From positions 1 to 64,000 of the forward strand of contig JAWOCD010000052.1 of the NCBI GenBank assembly GCA_046483985.1: a DNA stretch of 64,000 nt. The letters are read 5' to 3'. The position numbers and the translations under genes were made by a program. Source of the stretch: Promethearchaeia archaeon. GTDB lineage: Archaea > Asgardarchaeota > Lokiarchaeia > Sigyniarchaeales > SOKP01. Positions 9,098 to 18,676 of the stretch are shown one piece after another. Each line of letters starts with the position of its first letter. The first letter of the stretch is position 1. The notes beneath the pieces are model-generated. The model was not told the origin of the DNA. It ran no database searches and worked only from the letters and a program-made list of their open reading frames with translations.

Positions 9098-10858
9098 TTA
9101 TACTTTGATGTCTGGTGATTCAAATTTCCACGGTTTTTGCCTTTTCAAGCCATAAGCTTTTTCTGCATATTCCTTCACCATCCGGTGTGTATTGAAGTAG
9201 GCAGCTAACGCAATAGAATGCTTTTGCTTAAAAAGCCAATTCGGTTGGTTCTGATAACACGGAATAATTTGATTTTCTAGTACATCATAAAGGTAATTTG
9301 CGTCTTTGTCCCAGTCGTTTTCTGCTGCTTCAGGAAAGGAATCATCGGGACCAATACTCCACCCCGCATCACATTCTCCGCCTTCGGGCTCGCCTCCCGC
9401 CATTTTAAAACCCTCTAACCACCATCCATCTAAAACGCTGAAATTTAACACTCCGTTGAGTGCTGCCTTCATTCCAGACGTTCCTGATGCTTCTCTATAC
9501 CGAGCGGGACAATTAAGCCACACATCACAACCGCTAGTGAGTAAATGTGCTAAGTCCATGTTGTAATTTTCCATTAATACGACCTTTACACCATAATTAT
9601 CCATTAAATATTCACCAGCTTCAAAAATGCGCTTAATGTAATCCTTTCCGTCTTGGTCTTTTGGATGGGCTTTACCAGCAAAAATAAATTGTACTTGATC
9701 CTCACAGATTTTACCTAATCTATCTATATCACGGAAGGGCAATATTGCCCGTTTATAGGTGGCAAATCGACGTGCAAAACCAATTGTTATTAATTCTTCA
9801 TCTAAAAGATTCCAAGAATGTCCTTTCTGGTAAGAGATTAACTTAAATTTATTTTCTATATGAGCATCAAATAAATCTAAATCATCCAATTCTATGGCAT
9901 TTTGCAGCATTTTTGGATTTGCCTTCCAATTTGGCCATTGTTTGTCAAATATATCCTCCATTGATTCGCTTACCCAGAATGGTAAATGAACTCCATTCGT
10001 AATATAATCAATATCATACTCGGGAAACATTTCTTGAGCTGTTTTCCCATGTTTTTTTGATACGGCATTACTGTATCTGCAGAGACTCAGGGCTAACTTA
10101 GTCATATTTAATTCGTCTTTACCTGCTAACTCCTTTATATTATCTGGGAGCCGGTCTTGGAAAACCTTTTCTGCCAGTTCATATTTAAACGTATCATGAC
10201 CCGCTGGAACTGGCGTATGTTGGGTAAACACAACTTTTTCTCTTACTTTATCTTCATCCTTATTGAACCTCTTTCTTAATTCCAGTGCTGCAAAAGCCCC
10301 ATGTCCTTCATTAAGATGGTAGGTCTTAATGTTATGATACCCTAAGTTATCCAATAATTTTACTCCTCCAATTCCTAAAATCTGCTCCTGAACTATTCGA
10401 TTCCAAGTGGAAGTAGAATCATAGAGAGAACCCGTCATTTTTTTCATCCAATGTTCATTTCCTTCCACATCAGTCGTTAATAGGTAAACGGGGAGAATAT
10501 GTCCAGATTGACCGATAACCTTATATAACCACGCTGAAACCTTAACTTCTTTATTTTCAATCTTAACAGTGATTGGTTTTCCAACTTTTTCAAATTCATA
10601 ATAAAAGTTCCATTGAAGCTCTTTCTCTTTTTGCTCTCCCTTTTCATTAAAAAGCTGATAAAAATAACCCGAACTATAACATAAACAGACTGCGACCATT
10701 GGAATCTCCAAATCTGCAGCAGATCGTACGGTATCTCCCGAAAGAACTCCAAGCCCTCCGCTATAAGTGGGTATATTCGATTCCAATGCTATTTCCATTG
10801 AAATATAGGCGACTGACGTATCTTTTTTCCATTCTTTATCGATTTCCATATTAATCAA
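9098..10858 (-). CDS. glgP: Alpha-glucan (glycogen/maltodextrin) phosphorylase
   Basis: YSGGLGVL, HLNEGH, ARRFATYKR and EASGTSGMK (PLP lysine). Confidence 0.95.
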   Translation of the reverse strand: MINMEIDKEWKKDTSVAYISMEIALESNIPTYSGGLGVLSGDTVRSAADLEIPMVAVCLCYSSGYFYQLFNEKGEQKEKELQWNFYYEFEKVGKPITVKIENKEVKVSAWLYKVIGQSGHILPVYLLTTDVEGNEHWMKKMTGSLYDSTSTWNRIVQEQILGIGGVKLLDNLGYHNIKTYHLNEGHGAFAALELRKRFNKDEDKVREKVVFTQHTPVPAGHDTFKYELAEKVFQDRLPDNIKELAGKDELNMTKLALSLCRYSNAVSKKHGKTAQEMFPEYDIDYITNGVHLPFWVSESMEDIFDKQWPNWKANPKMLQNAIELDDLDLFDAHIENKFKLISYQKGHSWNLLDEELITIGFARRFATYKRAILPFRDIDRLGKICEDQVQFIFAGKAHPKDQDGKDYIKRIFEAGEYLMDNYGVKVVLMENYNMDLAHLLTSGCDVWLNCPARYREASGTSGMKAALNGVLNFSVLDGWWLEGFKMAGGEPEGGECDAGWSIGPDDSFPEAAENDWDKDANYLYDVLENQIIPCYQNQPNWLFKQKHSIALAAYFNTHRMVKEYAEKAYGLKRQKPWKFESPDIKV

Positions 10859-10941
10859 TCAAATTATTAGTTTAAAAATTTTCATTACAAATTATCTGTA
10901 TAGTTTATTGTTTTCTTTACTTAAATATAATAATTATCAAT

Positions 10942-11583
10942 TTAGATTATAAATCCTTTATTTTGACTCAAGATCTTAACTTGAATCTCCGGATTTTTTT
11001 TTGCCAAAATATCTTTCATTTGATTCATATCTTTATCCCAATTATGCATGGGAACTACGATTTTGGGGACTATGTCAATCGCCGCTTCACTTGCTTCTTT
11101 CATATCCATAGTATAGTTTCCACCGCAAGGTAATAACGCAACATCTATCTTTTCTCCTTTTAGGTCCTCCATTTCGGGAATCCTCTCGGTATCTCCGGCA
11201 TGATAAATCTTGTTTTCCCCTATTTTAATAATTATTCCTGCCCATTCGTTTTCTTTAGGGTGTGTGCTCTTTTCAATTGTATAAGCTGGGACTAATTTGA
11301 TTAAAAGTTCTTTAATTTCTATTTTTTCCCCTAAATCTAACCCTTTGCCACCAAACTGTTTCAACTTATTGGACATTGATTTCGGACCAATTACCTTAGT
11401 AGTATCTTGTATCACATTTTTTATTGCGTCCACATCAAAATGATCATAATGCGAGTGGCTTGAAACGATAATATCTGCTTTTTCTCCGCTCTCTGGGATC
11501 TCATAAGGATCCAAATAAATTACCGTTTCCTCGTCAGTTTTCATTTTAAAACACGCATGAGATATCCATTTTATTTTAGTCAT
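10942..11583 (-). CDS. MBL-fold metallo-hydrolase
   Basis: SHSHYDH, YHAGDT and PMH motifs. Confidence 0.9.
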   Translation of the reverse strand: MTKIKWISHACFKMKTDEETVIYLDPYEIPESGEKADIIVSSHSHYDHFDVDAIKNVIQDTTKVIGPKSMSNKLKQFGGKGLDLGEKIEIKELLIKLVPAYTIEKSTHPKENEWAGIIIKIGENKIYHAGDTERIPEMEDLKGEKIDVALLPCGGNYTMDMKEASEAAIDIVPKIVVPMHNWDKDMNQMKDILAKKNPEIQVKILSQNKGFII

Positions 11584-11737
11584 ATTAATTAGCCTCCCAT
11601 ATGCTTAATTAGATAATAAGATTGTAAGAATTGATCAAAATTAAATTTTCACATGTAATATGACCAAAGCAAAAAATAATTTTGGCAGTATGGATAGAAT
11701 AATAAGAATAATAGAATAATTAGGGAAGGATCTTTTA

Positions 11738-12115
11738 TTACTCTTTTCGAGTTTTCTCGGGATTTAGTTCGGAAGAGGTTATCTTGACCTTTTTTGTCAG
11801 TCCGAATTTATCTATATTCCCAAGTTCTATATCCTCTAATCTCTCCTTAAAGGCTTGGGTTCGAAAATCGGGTAACCCATTTATAAAGGGGGAATCTGGT
11901 CGGAGATTCATAAGATTCACTCGCTTATAATTTGAAGAGGATTTTACACGTTTTTTAATCTCTCTTTTTCTCTCAAGATGTTTCTTCAAGCGTTGCCCTT
12001 GCGGCCTCAGATTTATCGTAGATTTATACATTTCTGAAAATTGCTTTGGTGTGATAGAATATTCAAGACGACATATTGGGCAACTCGAAGCATCTAAACC
12101 ATGTTTACAAGCCAT
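11738..12115 (-). CDS. Hypothetical basic protein with N-terminal CxH-x6-CxxC motif
   Basis: MACKHGLDASSCPIC; clean 125-aa ORF. Confidence 0.65.
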   Translation of the reverse strand: MACKHGLDASSCPICRLEYSITPKQFSEMYKSTINLRPQGQRLKKHLERKREIKKRVKSSSNYKRVNLMNLRPDSPFINGLPDFRTQAFKERLEDIELGNIDKFGLTKKVKITSSELNPEKTRKE

Positions 12116-12198
12116 AATTATCTCGATAGTATTTGTTTTATAAAATCTAAGTTTATCAAATTAATTATTATTATTAATTTTAATGTTTTAAAATTATT

Positions 12199-13359
12199 AT
12201 GAGTAAGTTCTGGTCCGAAATTATATCGCAGCCGCAAGCTCTTAATAGGACTTATCAATATTTGAAAGAAAGGAAAAGACATTTTGTTGAGTTAATTAAA
12301 ACCCAAATGCATAAGTTAAATTTGAACGATTTTATCTTTACGGGTATAGGATCTAGTTTTTTTGCCAATTATCTTCCGTATTATTACTTAAACCAAAGGG
12401 GAGTCCATGCAGATATGCGTGAAGCAGGAGAGTTTTTATTTTATTCGTTTCCCGCGCATTCTCAATCTTATTTCAATAATTCTGTGATAGTGTTAACCTC
12501 CCAATCGGGAGAATCTGGAGAGATCATAGGTTTATTGGACAAGCTGCGTCAACTTCATAATACTCCGTTTTTAATAGGTGTTACTAATACTCCTAATAGC
12601 ACTTTGGATAATTCCACAGAATTAACGCTCTTTACGCAAGCTGGAAACGAAGAAACCGTTACCTCTAAGACTTATAGTTCATCGCTTTTAGTCTTAATTT
12701 TTCTTGCTGAGATGATAAAACAAATAAACGCCTTAGGAAAAAACCAATCAAGGGTTCACTCGAAATCTGAACGGGATATTTCTCTCCAGATAAAAAATGT
12801 ATGTGAAAAAACCGAAAAATTCTTTAGCAGATTTAAAACCCCTCACACTGTTCCGAAACCTATTCTTAATTTTTTGGAAGATAATAATTTCACCCATTCG
12901 GATTTACATTTTCTTGCACGTGGACCATCCTTGGCAACTGCATATCAAGCAGCTTTAAATGCTAAGGAGATAGCTAAAATTAAATCCGAGGCCAATCCCG
13001 TTTCAACCTTTAATCATGGATGCATTGAATGTCTCAACAATAATTCAAATTTAGTATTTTTATCAAGGGATGAAAATAGTTTTAAAGTAAATAATCTTTT
13101 TATTAATAAACTTTTTATGAAAATGAATTGTAACAAAATCTTACATATTACTAACCAAAAATCAACAAACTTCTCTGATAAATTAGAAGCTAACTTTCCT
13201 ACGAAGTTACAGACATTTACCCATAAGATTTCCAATCCGTTTTTAGCACCAATCATGGAAATTTTTCCAATTCAAATTTTATTGTACAAAATCGCACAAC
13301 ACCGGAATATTGAGCCGGGAAAATTCTATTATTCGCATAAAATTACGAGGGAAATTTGA
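12199..13359 (+). CDS. Double-SIS-domain sugar-phosphate isomerase/deaminase (GlmS C-terminal-like, no glutaminase domain)
   Basis: EIISQP, GIGSS, SQSGES, AGNE...SKTY and KE...HG motifs. Confidence 0.85.
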   Translation: MSKFWSEIISQPQALNRTYQYLKERKRHFVELIKTQMHKLNLNDFIFTGIGSSFFANYLPYYYLNQRGVHADMREAGEFLFYSFPAHSQSYFNNSVIVLTSQSGESGEIIGLLDKLRQLHNTPFLIGVTNTPNSTLDNSTELTLFTQAGNEETVTSKTYSSSLLVLIFLAEMIKQINALGKNQSRVHSKSERDISLQIKNVCEKTEKFFSRFKTPHTVPKPILNFLEDNNFTHSDLHFLARGPSLATAYQAALNAKEIAKIKSEANPVSTFNHGCIECLNNNSNLVFLSRDENSFKVNNLFINKLFMKMNCNKILHITNQKSTNFSDKLEANFPTKLQTFTHKISNPFLAPIMEIFPIQILLYKIAQHRNIEPGKFYYSHKITREI

Positions 13360-13363
13360 GAAA

Positions 13364-14500
13364 ATGGTAAAAGGAATTATACTATCAGGTGGATGGGGTA
13401 CCAGATTACGTCCATTAACTTGTACCACCCCCAAAACTCTTATCCCTGTAGTAAATAAGCCTGTCATAGAACGTCAGATGTTATTGTTAAAGGAGGCAGG
13501 AGTAGAGGATATCGTATTAGCTGTAAGTGTCATGGCAGAAGAGCTCAAACAATATTTTGGAGATGGAGAGAGATTGGGGTTGAAGATTCATTATACAAAG
13601 GAAGAAACTCCCAAGGGAACCGCAGGAGCGATAAAATTGGCAGAGGATTATTTAAAAGATGATAACTTTTTTATGCTGAATGGGGATGTTATCTTGAACT
13701 TTGATTTTAAGGAGATGTATCAGAACCATCTGGAATATGGCGGTATTGGGACCATTGCCAGTCAAATGGTGGACGACCCCTCACGATATGGGGTACTTAT
13801 TATTGATGAGGGGACTCAACAAATAGAAAAGTTTTTAGAGAAAAAGGAATATCAACCTCCGGCAGGAAAAATCGTCCCGATGCCTATAAACGCCGGGGTT
13901 TATATGCTTGAACCGGAAATCTTTTCTTATATTGACCCCAATCGGAAGGTTTCAATTGAAAAAGATGTCTTTCCAGTCATTGCTGAGGAAAAAAAAATCT
14001 ATCATTATCCGATTTCAGGAATTTGGAAGGACATTGGAAAGCCCTTTGAATTGCTTCAAGGAAATATTTTGCTCCTTAAATCTTTACTTAATGAGAGGGC
14101 AGAAAGAACCAAAAATTTGATTGGAGGAGGGTTGGAGATTGAAGGAAGGGCAGAAATCTTCCCCCCGAGTAGTATTGGAGATAATGTCACCATACGGAAT
14201 AATTGCAAAATAGGCCCTAATGTAGTAATTGGAGATAATGTATATATTGGAGCAAATACAGAGATTAAAGACGCAATTATTTATAGTGAAAGTTATATTA
14301 CAAATAACGTCAAAATTGAAAATGCAATAGTTTCGGATGGGTGCGAAATCAACGATAATACAATATTAAGAGGGAATGGAAGGAATTTGGTTATATTGGC
14401 TTCCTACGTTAAAGTGAATAAGGGATTAAAATTAATTGCGCCTTCAAATAACTCTATTTCTGTTTGCCACCATGAAGTCGTGAGGCAAGATATTAAATAA
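13364..14500 (+). CDS. NDP-sugar pyrophosphorylase (mannose-1-phosphate guanylyltransferase-like)
   Basis: ILSGGWGTRLRPLT...PK, NGD, EK, INAGVY and a hexapeptide-repeat C-terminus; start moved to the in-frame ATG at 13364. Confidence 0.9.
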   Translation: MVKGIILSGGWGTRLRPLTCTTPKTLIPVVNKPVIERQMLLLKEAGVEDIVLAVSVMAEELKQYFGDGERLGLKIHYTKEETPKGTAGAIKLAEDYLKDDNFFMLNGDVILNFDFKEMYQNHLEYGGIGTIASQMVDDPSRYGVLIIDEGTQQIEKFLEKKEYQPPAGKIVPMPINAGVYMLEPEIFSYIDPNRKVSIEKDVFPVIAEEKKIYHYPISGIWKDIGKPFELLQGNILLLKSLLNERAERTKNLIGGGLEIEGRAEIFPPSSIGDNVTIRNNCKIGPNVVIGDNVYIGANTEIKDAIIYSESYITNNVKIENAIVSDGCEINDNTILRGNGRNLVILASYVKVNKGLKLIAPSNNSISVCHHEVVRQDIK

Positions 14501-14505
14501 TCTCT

Positions 14506-15135
14506 CTACTTCTTATTCTTATTCCTATTCCTTTTTGATTTTTTCTTAAATTCTTCCGCAATTAGTTCCAAGTATGATTTACGAATTGATTCTTCTTTGG
14601 TTATCCCGATTTTTTTTAAAAATCTGAAAAGGATCTCGCGGGCACTTTTTATTTGTCCCTCATCTTTCGCTCTAATTTCAACTTCGATAAAATGTTCTTG
14701 AAGAATGGGAAGATAATCAATTAATGCCTCGATCTGCTTTCCGTCAAATGGAATTTTGTATAATTCTCGCTCTTTTTTAACTGTAAAGATTTCACGAAAT
14801 GTGAGCAGATCTAAAATCTGTTTTAGCTTTTTACCATCTTTCACTTTTGTTTCAAGTTCTTCTCTTGTTTTTGACACTTTATCCAATTTTTTTCCTTTAT
14901 ATGTTAAGTAAAAATTAGTAATTTCCCCCTTTTGCTTATCCTCTTTTTGAAATTCTGTAGATTTTCTGATTCTTAAGGCCTCATCCGTTTTTCTAAAATC
15001 TCGTAATCTTTCTGGCATATTATAGTATGTGTCTTCATGTTCTAATGACAACATATACTTTCCTTCTAGTTGCTCAAATTTTTGTCTTATTTTTTCTGGC
15101 TCAGTGATTCGTACTTTGATTTCTACCTCAATCAT
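14506..15135 (-). CDS. cyaB: CYTH-domain protein (class IV adenylate cyclase-like)
   Basis: EVEIK (ExExK), DTYY, ALRIR, TYKG and FIEVE motifs. Confidence 0.85.
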   Translation of the reverse strand: MIEVEIKVRITEPEKIRQKFEQLEGKYMLSLEHEDTYYNMPERLRDFRKTDEALRIRKSTEFQKEDKQKGEITNFYLTYKGKKLDKVSKTREELETKVKDGKKLKQILDLLTFREIFTVKKERELYKIPFDGKQIEALIDYLPILQEHFIEVEIRAKDEGQIKSAREILFRFLKKIGITKEESIRKSYLELIAEEFKKKSKRNRNKNKK

Positions 15136-15271
15136 CTTCAGTCCTTCTTAATTTTAAAAATTATAACTAATATCAAAAATAATAAAACATATTTTATTAA
15201 AGAAATCAAAAAATATTAACAACTAAAGTATTTCTGATCAATATCAAAGCATAATTTCTGAGGGATCTTAT

Positions 15272-16231
15272 ATGACGGATATGGGAGATGCACATAAACT
15301 CGCCGAAAAATATGGATATCGGGATTATATGGTGGCTCGATATCTAAAAATGCTCGGATACGAACAAACACGGGAAATGCTGGAATGGAATGACCGCCCC
15401 CTTATTCCTGTCATTCGAGTAAATACTTTAAAAATTCCAGTAAAACAATTGCAAAGGAGACTCGAAAAAAAGGGATTTCAATTACGACCGATAAATATAA
15501 TCCCCTACGGAATTAAAGTGCTAAATGAGCCTCATAATTTAGGGTCTCTGCATGAGTTCTTGCAAGGATATTTTTACATACAGAGTGCGGCGTCTATGAT
15601 CCCGCCAATAATCTTGGATCCTAAACCAAAAGATCTTGTAATAGATACGTGTGCGGCCCCAGGGAGTAAAGCCACTCAATTAGCCCAGATCATGGGAAAT
15701 AAAGGGAAACTTATACTAATCGAGAAGAATTCCGAACGCTTAAGGGCTTTAGACTCGAATTTAAAGCGGTTAGGGGTACAAAATGTTCTTACCTTTCATA
15801 TGGACGCTATGGAATTGGATCGGTTAAATATAAAAGCAGATAAGATCTTATTGGATGCTCCATGTACAGGGGAGGGCTTGATCCGACAAGACCCCAGCAG
15901 AAAGACGAGTAGAACGGAAGAGGACATTGAGAAGATGGCCAACATTCAGAAGAAATTGCTCCAGACAGCCATAGACGAATTAAAGGAAGGAGGCGAGCTA
16001 GTATATAGTACATGTTCTATTGCTCCCGAAGAGAATGAATTTGTAATTAATTCTATTCTTAAAAAGAATCGAAATATTAAGGTTATGAAACCCGGAGAGG
16101 GATTTGGTGTTCCGGGATTTACAAAAGTATTTGGAAAGACATTAGATAATAGTTTGCAATATGCACAAAGAATCTTTCCGCATATTCATGATTCTATTGG
16201 CTTCTTCTTCTGTTTACTAAAAAAGGATTAA
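15272..16231 (+). CDS. NOL1/NOP2/RsmB-family RNA m5C methyltransferase
   Basis: RVNTLK, DTCAAPGSK, DAPCTGEG and VYSTCS...ENE motifs. Confidence 0.95.
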   Translation: MTDMGDAHKLAEKYGYRDYMVARYLKMLGYEQTREMLEWNDRPLIPVIRVNTLKIPVKQLQRRLEKKGFQLRPINIIPYGIKVLNEPHNLGSLHEFLQGYFYIQSAASMIPPIILDPKPKDLVIDTCAAPGSKATQLAQIMGNKGKLILIEKNSERLRALDSNLKRLGVQNVLTFHMDAMELDRLNIKADKILLDAPCTGEGLIRQDPSRKTSRTEEDIEKMANIQKKLLQTAIDELKEGGELVYSTCSIAPEENEFVINSILKKNRNIKVMKPGEGFGVPGFTKVFGKTLDNSLQYAQRIFPHIHDSIGFFFCLLKKD

Positions 16232-16233
16232 CA

Positions 16234-16821
16234 TTACTGAGCTGAACGTAAGTAATATCCTTTATCGATTAGATTATAAGCAACTATTTTTTTATTTTCC
16301 AATAAATTCCATTCGTTAAAATTAACTATTGGCTTTGCAATCGCAATAACTTCTTTTTGTCTGTTCAGAACAGCTAAAATATGATTCTTTTTATAGGATA
16401 TTGGATGGGTCTCCACCATATATTTCCGTATTTCATTTCCATATAAAACTGCCTTTTCCCCTTCAGAGTTTGTTATTAATTGATGTGGAGTGGTAATTAG
16501 TTTCTGGCGATATAAAAAATCCATTCCCTCTATACTCAACCTAAATTCTCCCTTTTTAATAAATCCGAAATTTATTCCCGCGGAAAAAGGAGTTAGTTCA
16601 TTGGGGATCTGTCTAACCAACGCATTCACTACTTCAAGGAGCAGATGAATTTCTGGATATTGTTCTTTTTGGTTTTTATCGGGAAATTTGATTGTAAAAA
16701 TAAGATTTGTTTTTCTTGAGATTTTCTCAATGTCTAAAGAGAGCCTATTCAAATCCGAGTTTAATATCTTTTTTTCGATGTTCCTTAATTCTTGAAATTG
16801 CTCTCTAACCATTTTTATCAA
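16234..16821 (-). CDS. NIP7-like PUA-domain ribosome biogenesis protein
   Basis: SAGINFGFIKKGEFRLSIEG, EKAVLYGNEI and C-terminal DKGYYLR. Confidence 0.75.
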   Translation of the reverse strand: MIKMVREQFQELRNIEKKILNSDLNRLSLDIEKISRKTNLIFTIKFPDKNQKEQYPEIHLLLEVVNALVRQIPNELTPFSAGINFGFIKKGEFRLSIEGMDFLYRQKLITTPHQLITNSEGEKAVLYGNEIRKYMVETHPISYKKNHILAVLNRQKEVIAIAKPIVNFNEWNLLENKKIVAYNLIDKGYYLRSAQ

Positions 16822-16964
16822 AATGTATTTTGTATAGGAAAATATCCTCGATTTTTCAGCAATTAAAAATAAATAATATAAGGATTACTAGAATAATTGA
16901 GATATTTATTTAATTAATTATAACATTTCAAAATAAAAAATTATTAGGATCGTGGGGAAATTGA

Positions 16965-17678
16965 ATGGGAATCCGTAAGATTAAAGACGATATTGACTTT
17001 AAAGAAGCCATGAAAAAGAAAGGAGCCGAGCTGGAATTAAAAGAAATAAAAGCAAAAGCGTCTGTGAAAAATTTTACAAAAGAAAAATTAAGAGAAATTG
17101 CCAAAGAACATGGGGTAATTTTAGCGTTAAGTGATGAAGCGAAGGCACAAGTAAAGGATATTCAAGAAGAATTTGATATTCCATCATCTAAAATCATTAC
17201 TGAGCAAATTGAGGAAGAAGACATTTTAAAAACCTTTAACCGGGCAGATCATGAGAAATTAGGAATGCTTGCTTATCAACGTGTGCTAATGCAAAAGGAA
17301 GAAACGGGCGGATTTTTTCCCTTATCAGAAGTATTTGAACTGGTAAATACGGGAGAACTTAAAGGAAATATCGACCTTAAGGATGTAGCTAAAGCCATGG
17401 GGAAGTTAAAAAAACAAAATGTGATTGAAGATATTCGCAAACTTGAGTCAGGAACGGTAATGATACTTTTCTTTCCGATCCAATACACGAAAGATCAGCA
17501 AAAAGTACTTGACCTCGCAAAAGAAAAAGGCTATGTGACTCTCGAAGAAGTTAGTTTGAAATTAGACTGGACTCAAGATAGATCTCTCAGGGCATTAGAA
17601 AGTTTAGAAAAGAGCGGAACAGCTAAAAGGACAGAATCTCTACTTAAAGGAAAGGAATGGTATTTCCCAGGGCTTTAA
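16965..17678 (+). CDS. ESCRT-II Vps22/Vps36-like (EAP30) protein
   Basis: MGIRKIK N-terminus; C-terminal tandem winged-helix pattern (GG.F.LSEV, DV.KAM..L, DQ.KVL, GYVT.EEV..KLDW...R..RAL, WYFPG); adjacent to vps25/vps4-like genes. Confidence 0.85.
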   Translation: MGIRKIKDDIDFKEAMKKKGAELELKEIKAKASVKNFTKEKLREIAKEHGVILALSDEAKAQVKDIQEEFDIPSSKIITEQIEEEDILKTFNRADHEKLGMLAYQRVLMQKEETGGFFPLSEVFELVNTGELKGNIDLKDVAKAMGKLKKQNVIEDIRKLESGTVMILFFPIQYTKDQQKVLDLAKEKGYVTLEEVSLKLDWTQDRSLRALESLEKSGTAKRTESLLKGKEWYFPGL

Positions 17679-17739
17679 AGGTTTATTTTTTCTTTCTATG
17701 GCTTTTTCTTTAAAATATTATATTTAAAAAGAAAAAAGT

Positions 17740-18636
17740 TCACGGGATAATTTTTAACGCAAGCTTTTCATTTTCTAATTCGATTATCTTTCCACGATTT
17801 TGTTGGGATAAGATCTTATAGACTTTTTTGAGGTCTTCTCGTGGTAAATTACTAAATTGAGTATCAGCTTCTCGAATCTCATAAACCATTACAGGTTCGA
17901 GTTTACCGTTTTCTATGCACCATGAATAAATCTCATCTGCCCATGCTTCAAGATCTTTCCAATATACTCGTAATTTTAGATTTTGTTTCTTACCGACCCA
18001 TCTTGCCAAGTCTTGTTCAATAAGTTTCTCACCAATAAGAGTGAGCGCCTTCACTCTTTTTTTAAATTTTGAAAAAGGTTTCTCTGCACTTACTTCCTTG
18101 AGGTATAGAATATGCATAATCGCGAATTTTGCGTAGTCAAATAAGATTTTACTCCATTCTGTTTTCCACGATTCCATATCTTTCTCCTCATCGGGGATAA
18201 AATACATAAACTCATATCGCCTTTCTTCCAACCATGGATACTCTTCTATGAGTTTTTCATAAGGGTCAGCAATTCTTTCTTGCAGAAGTTGGGATTTTAA
18301 TACTTCGTGTTGTTTGAGTAATTGTCTCAACTGATCTTTTTCCAGATTTTCTTGAAAATCGAGTTCAATTTCTTCTAATTTCTTGTCAAGGTTACTGGCA
18401 AATGTTTCAATATCGCCTTTCGTCTTTTTTTCGATAGTCTCCGTACTATTAGTTTCTCTTTGCTGTTCTTTCAGTTCCTCTTTGATTCGAGCCTTTTCCT
18501 GTTCAATTAATTTCTGCTTTTTTAATTTCTTTAATCGTTTTAATTCTTTAAGATATTCTTGAAGTTCCTTGTCTTTAACTTTTTTTTTCTCTTTGTTTTG
18601 TTTCTCTGCTTCTTTAGGTCTTTCTCTTCTTTCCAT
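17740..18636 (-). CDS. ESCRT-II Vps25-like protein with long N-terminal coiled coil
   Basis: EWSKILFDYA, ARWV and RVYWKDLEAWADEIYSWC..NG...VYEI match the Vps25 winged-helix signature. Confidence 0.85.
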   Translation of the reverse strand: MERRERPKEAEKQNKEKKKVKDKELQEYLKELKRLKKLKKQKLIEQEKARIKEELKEQQRETNSTETIEKKTKGDIETFASNLDKKLEEIELDFQENLEKDQLRQLLKQHEVLKSQLLQERIADPYEKLIEEYPWLEERRYEFMYFIPDEEKDMESWKTEWSKILFDYAKFAIMHILYLKEVSAEKPFSKFKKRVKALTLIGEKLIEQDLARWVGKKQNLKLRVYWKDLEAWADEIYSWCIENGKLEPVMVYEIREADTQFSNLPREDLKKVYKILSQQNRGKIIELENEKLALKIIP

Positions 18637-18676
18637 GCTTTAAATCACAAGAGTTAATTTATTGATTTCGAACTTT

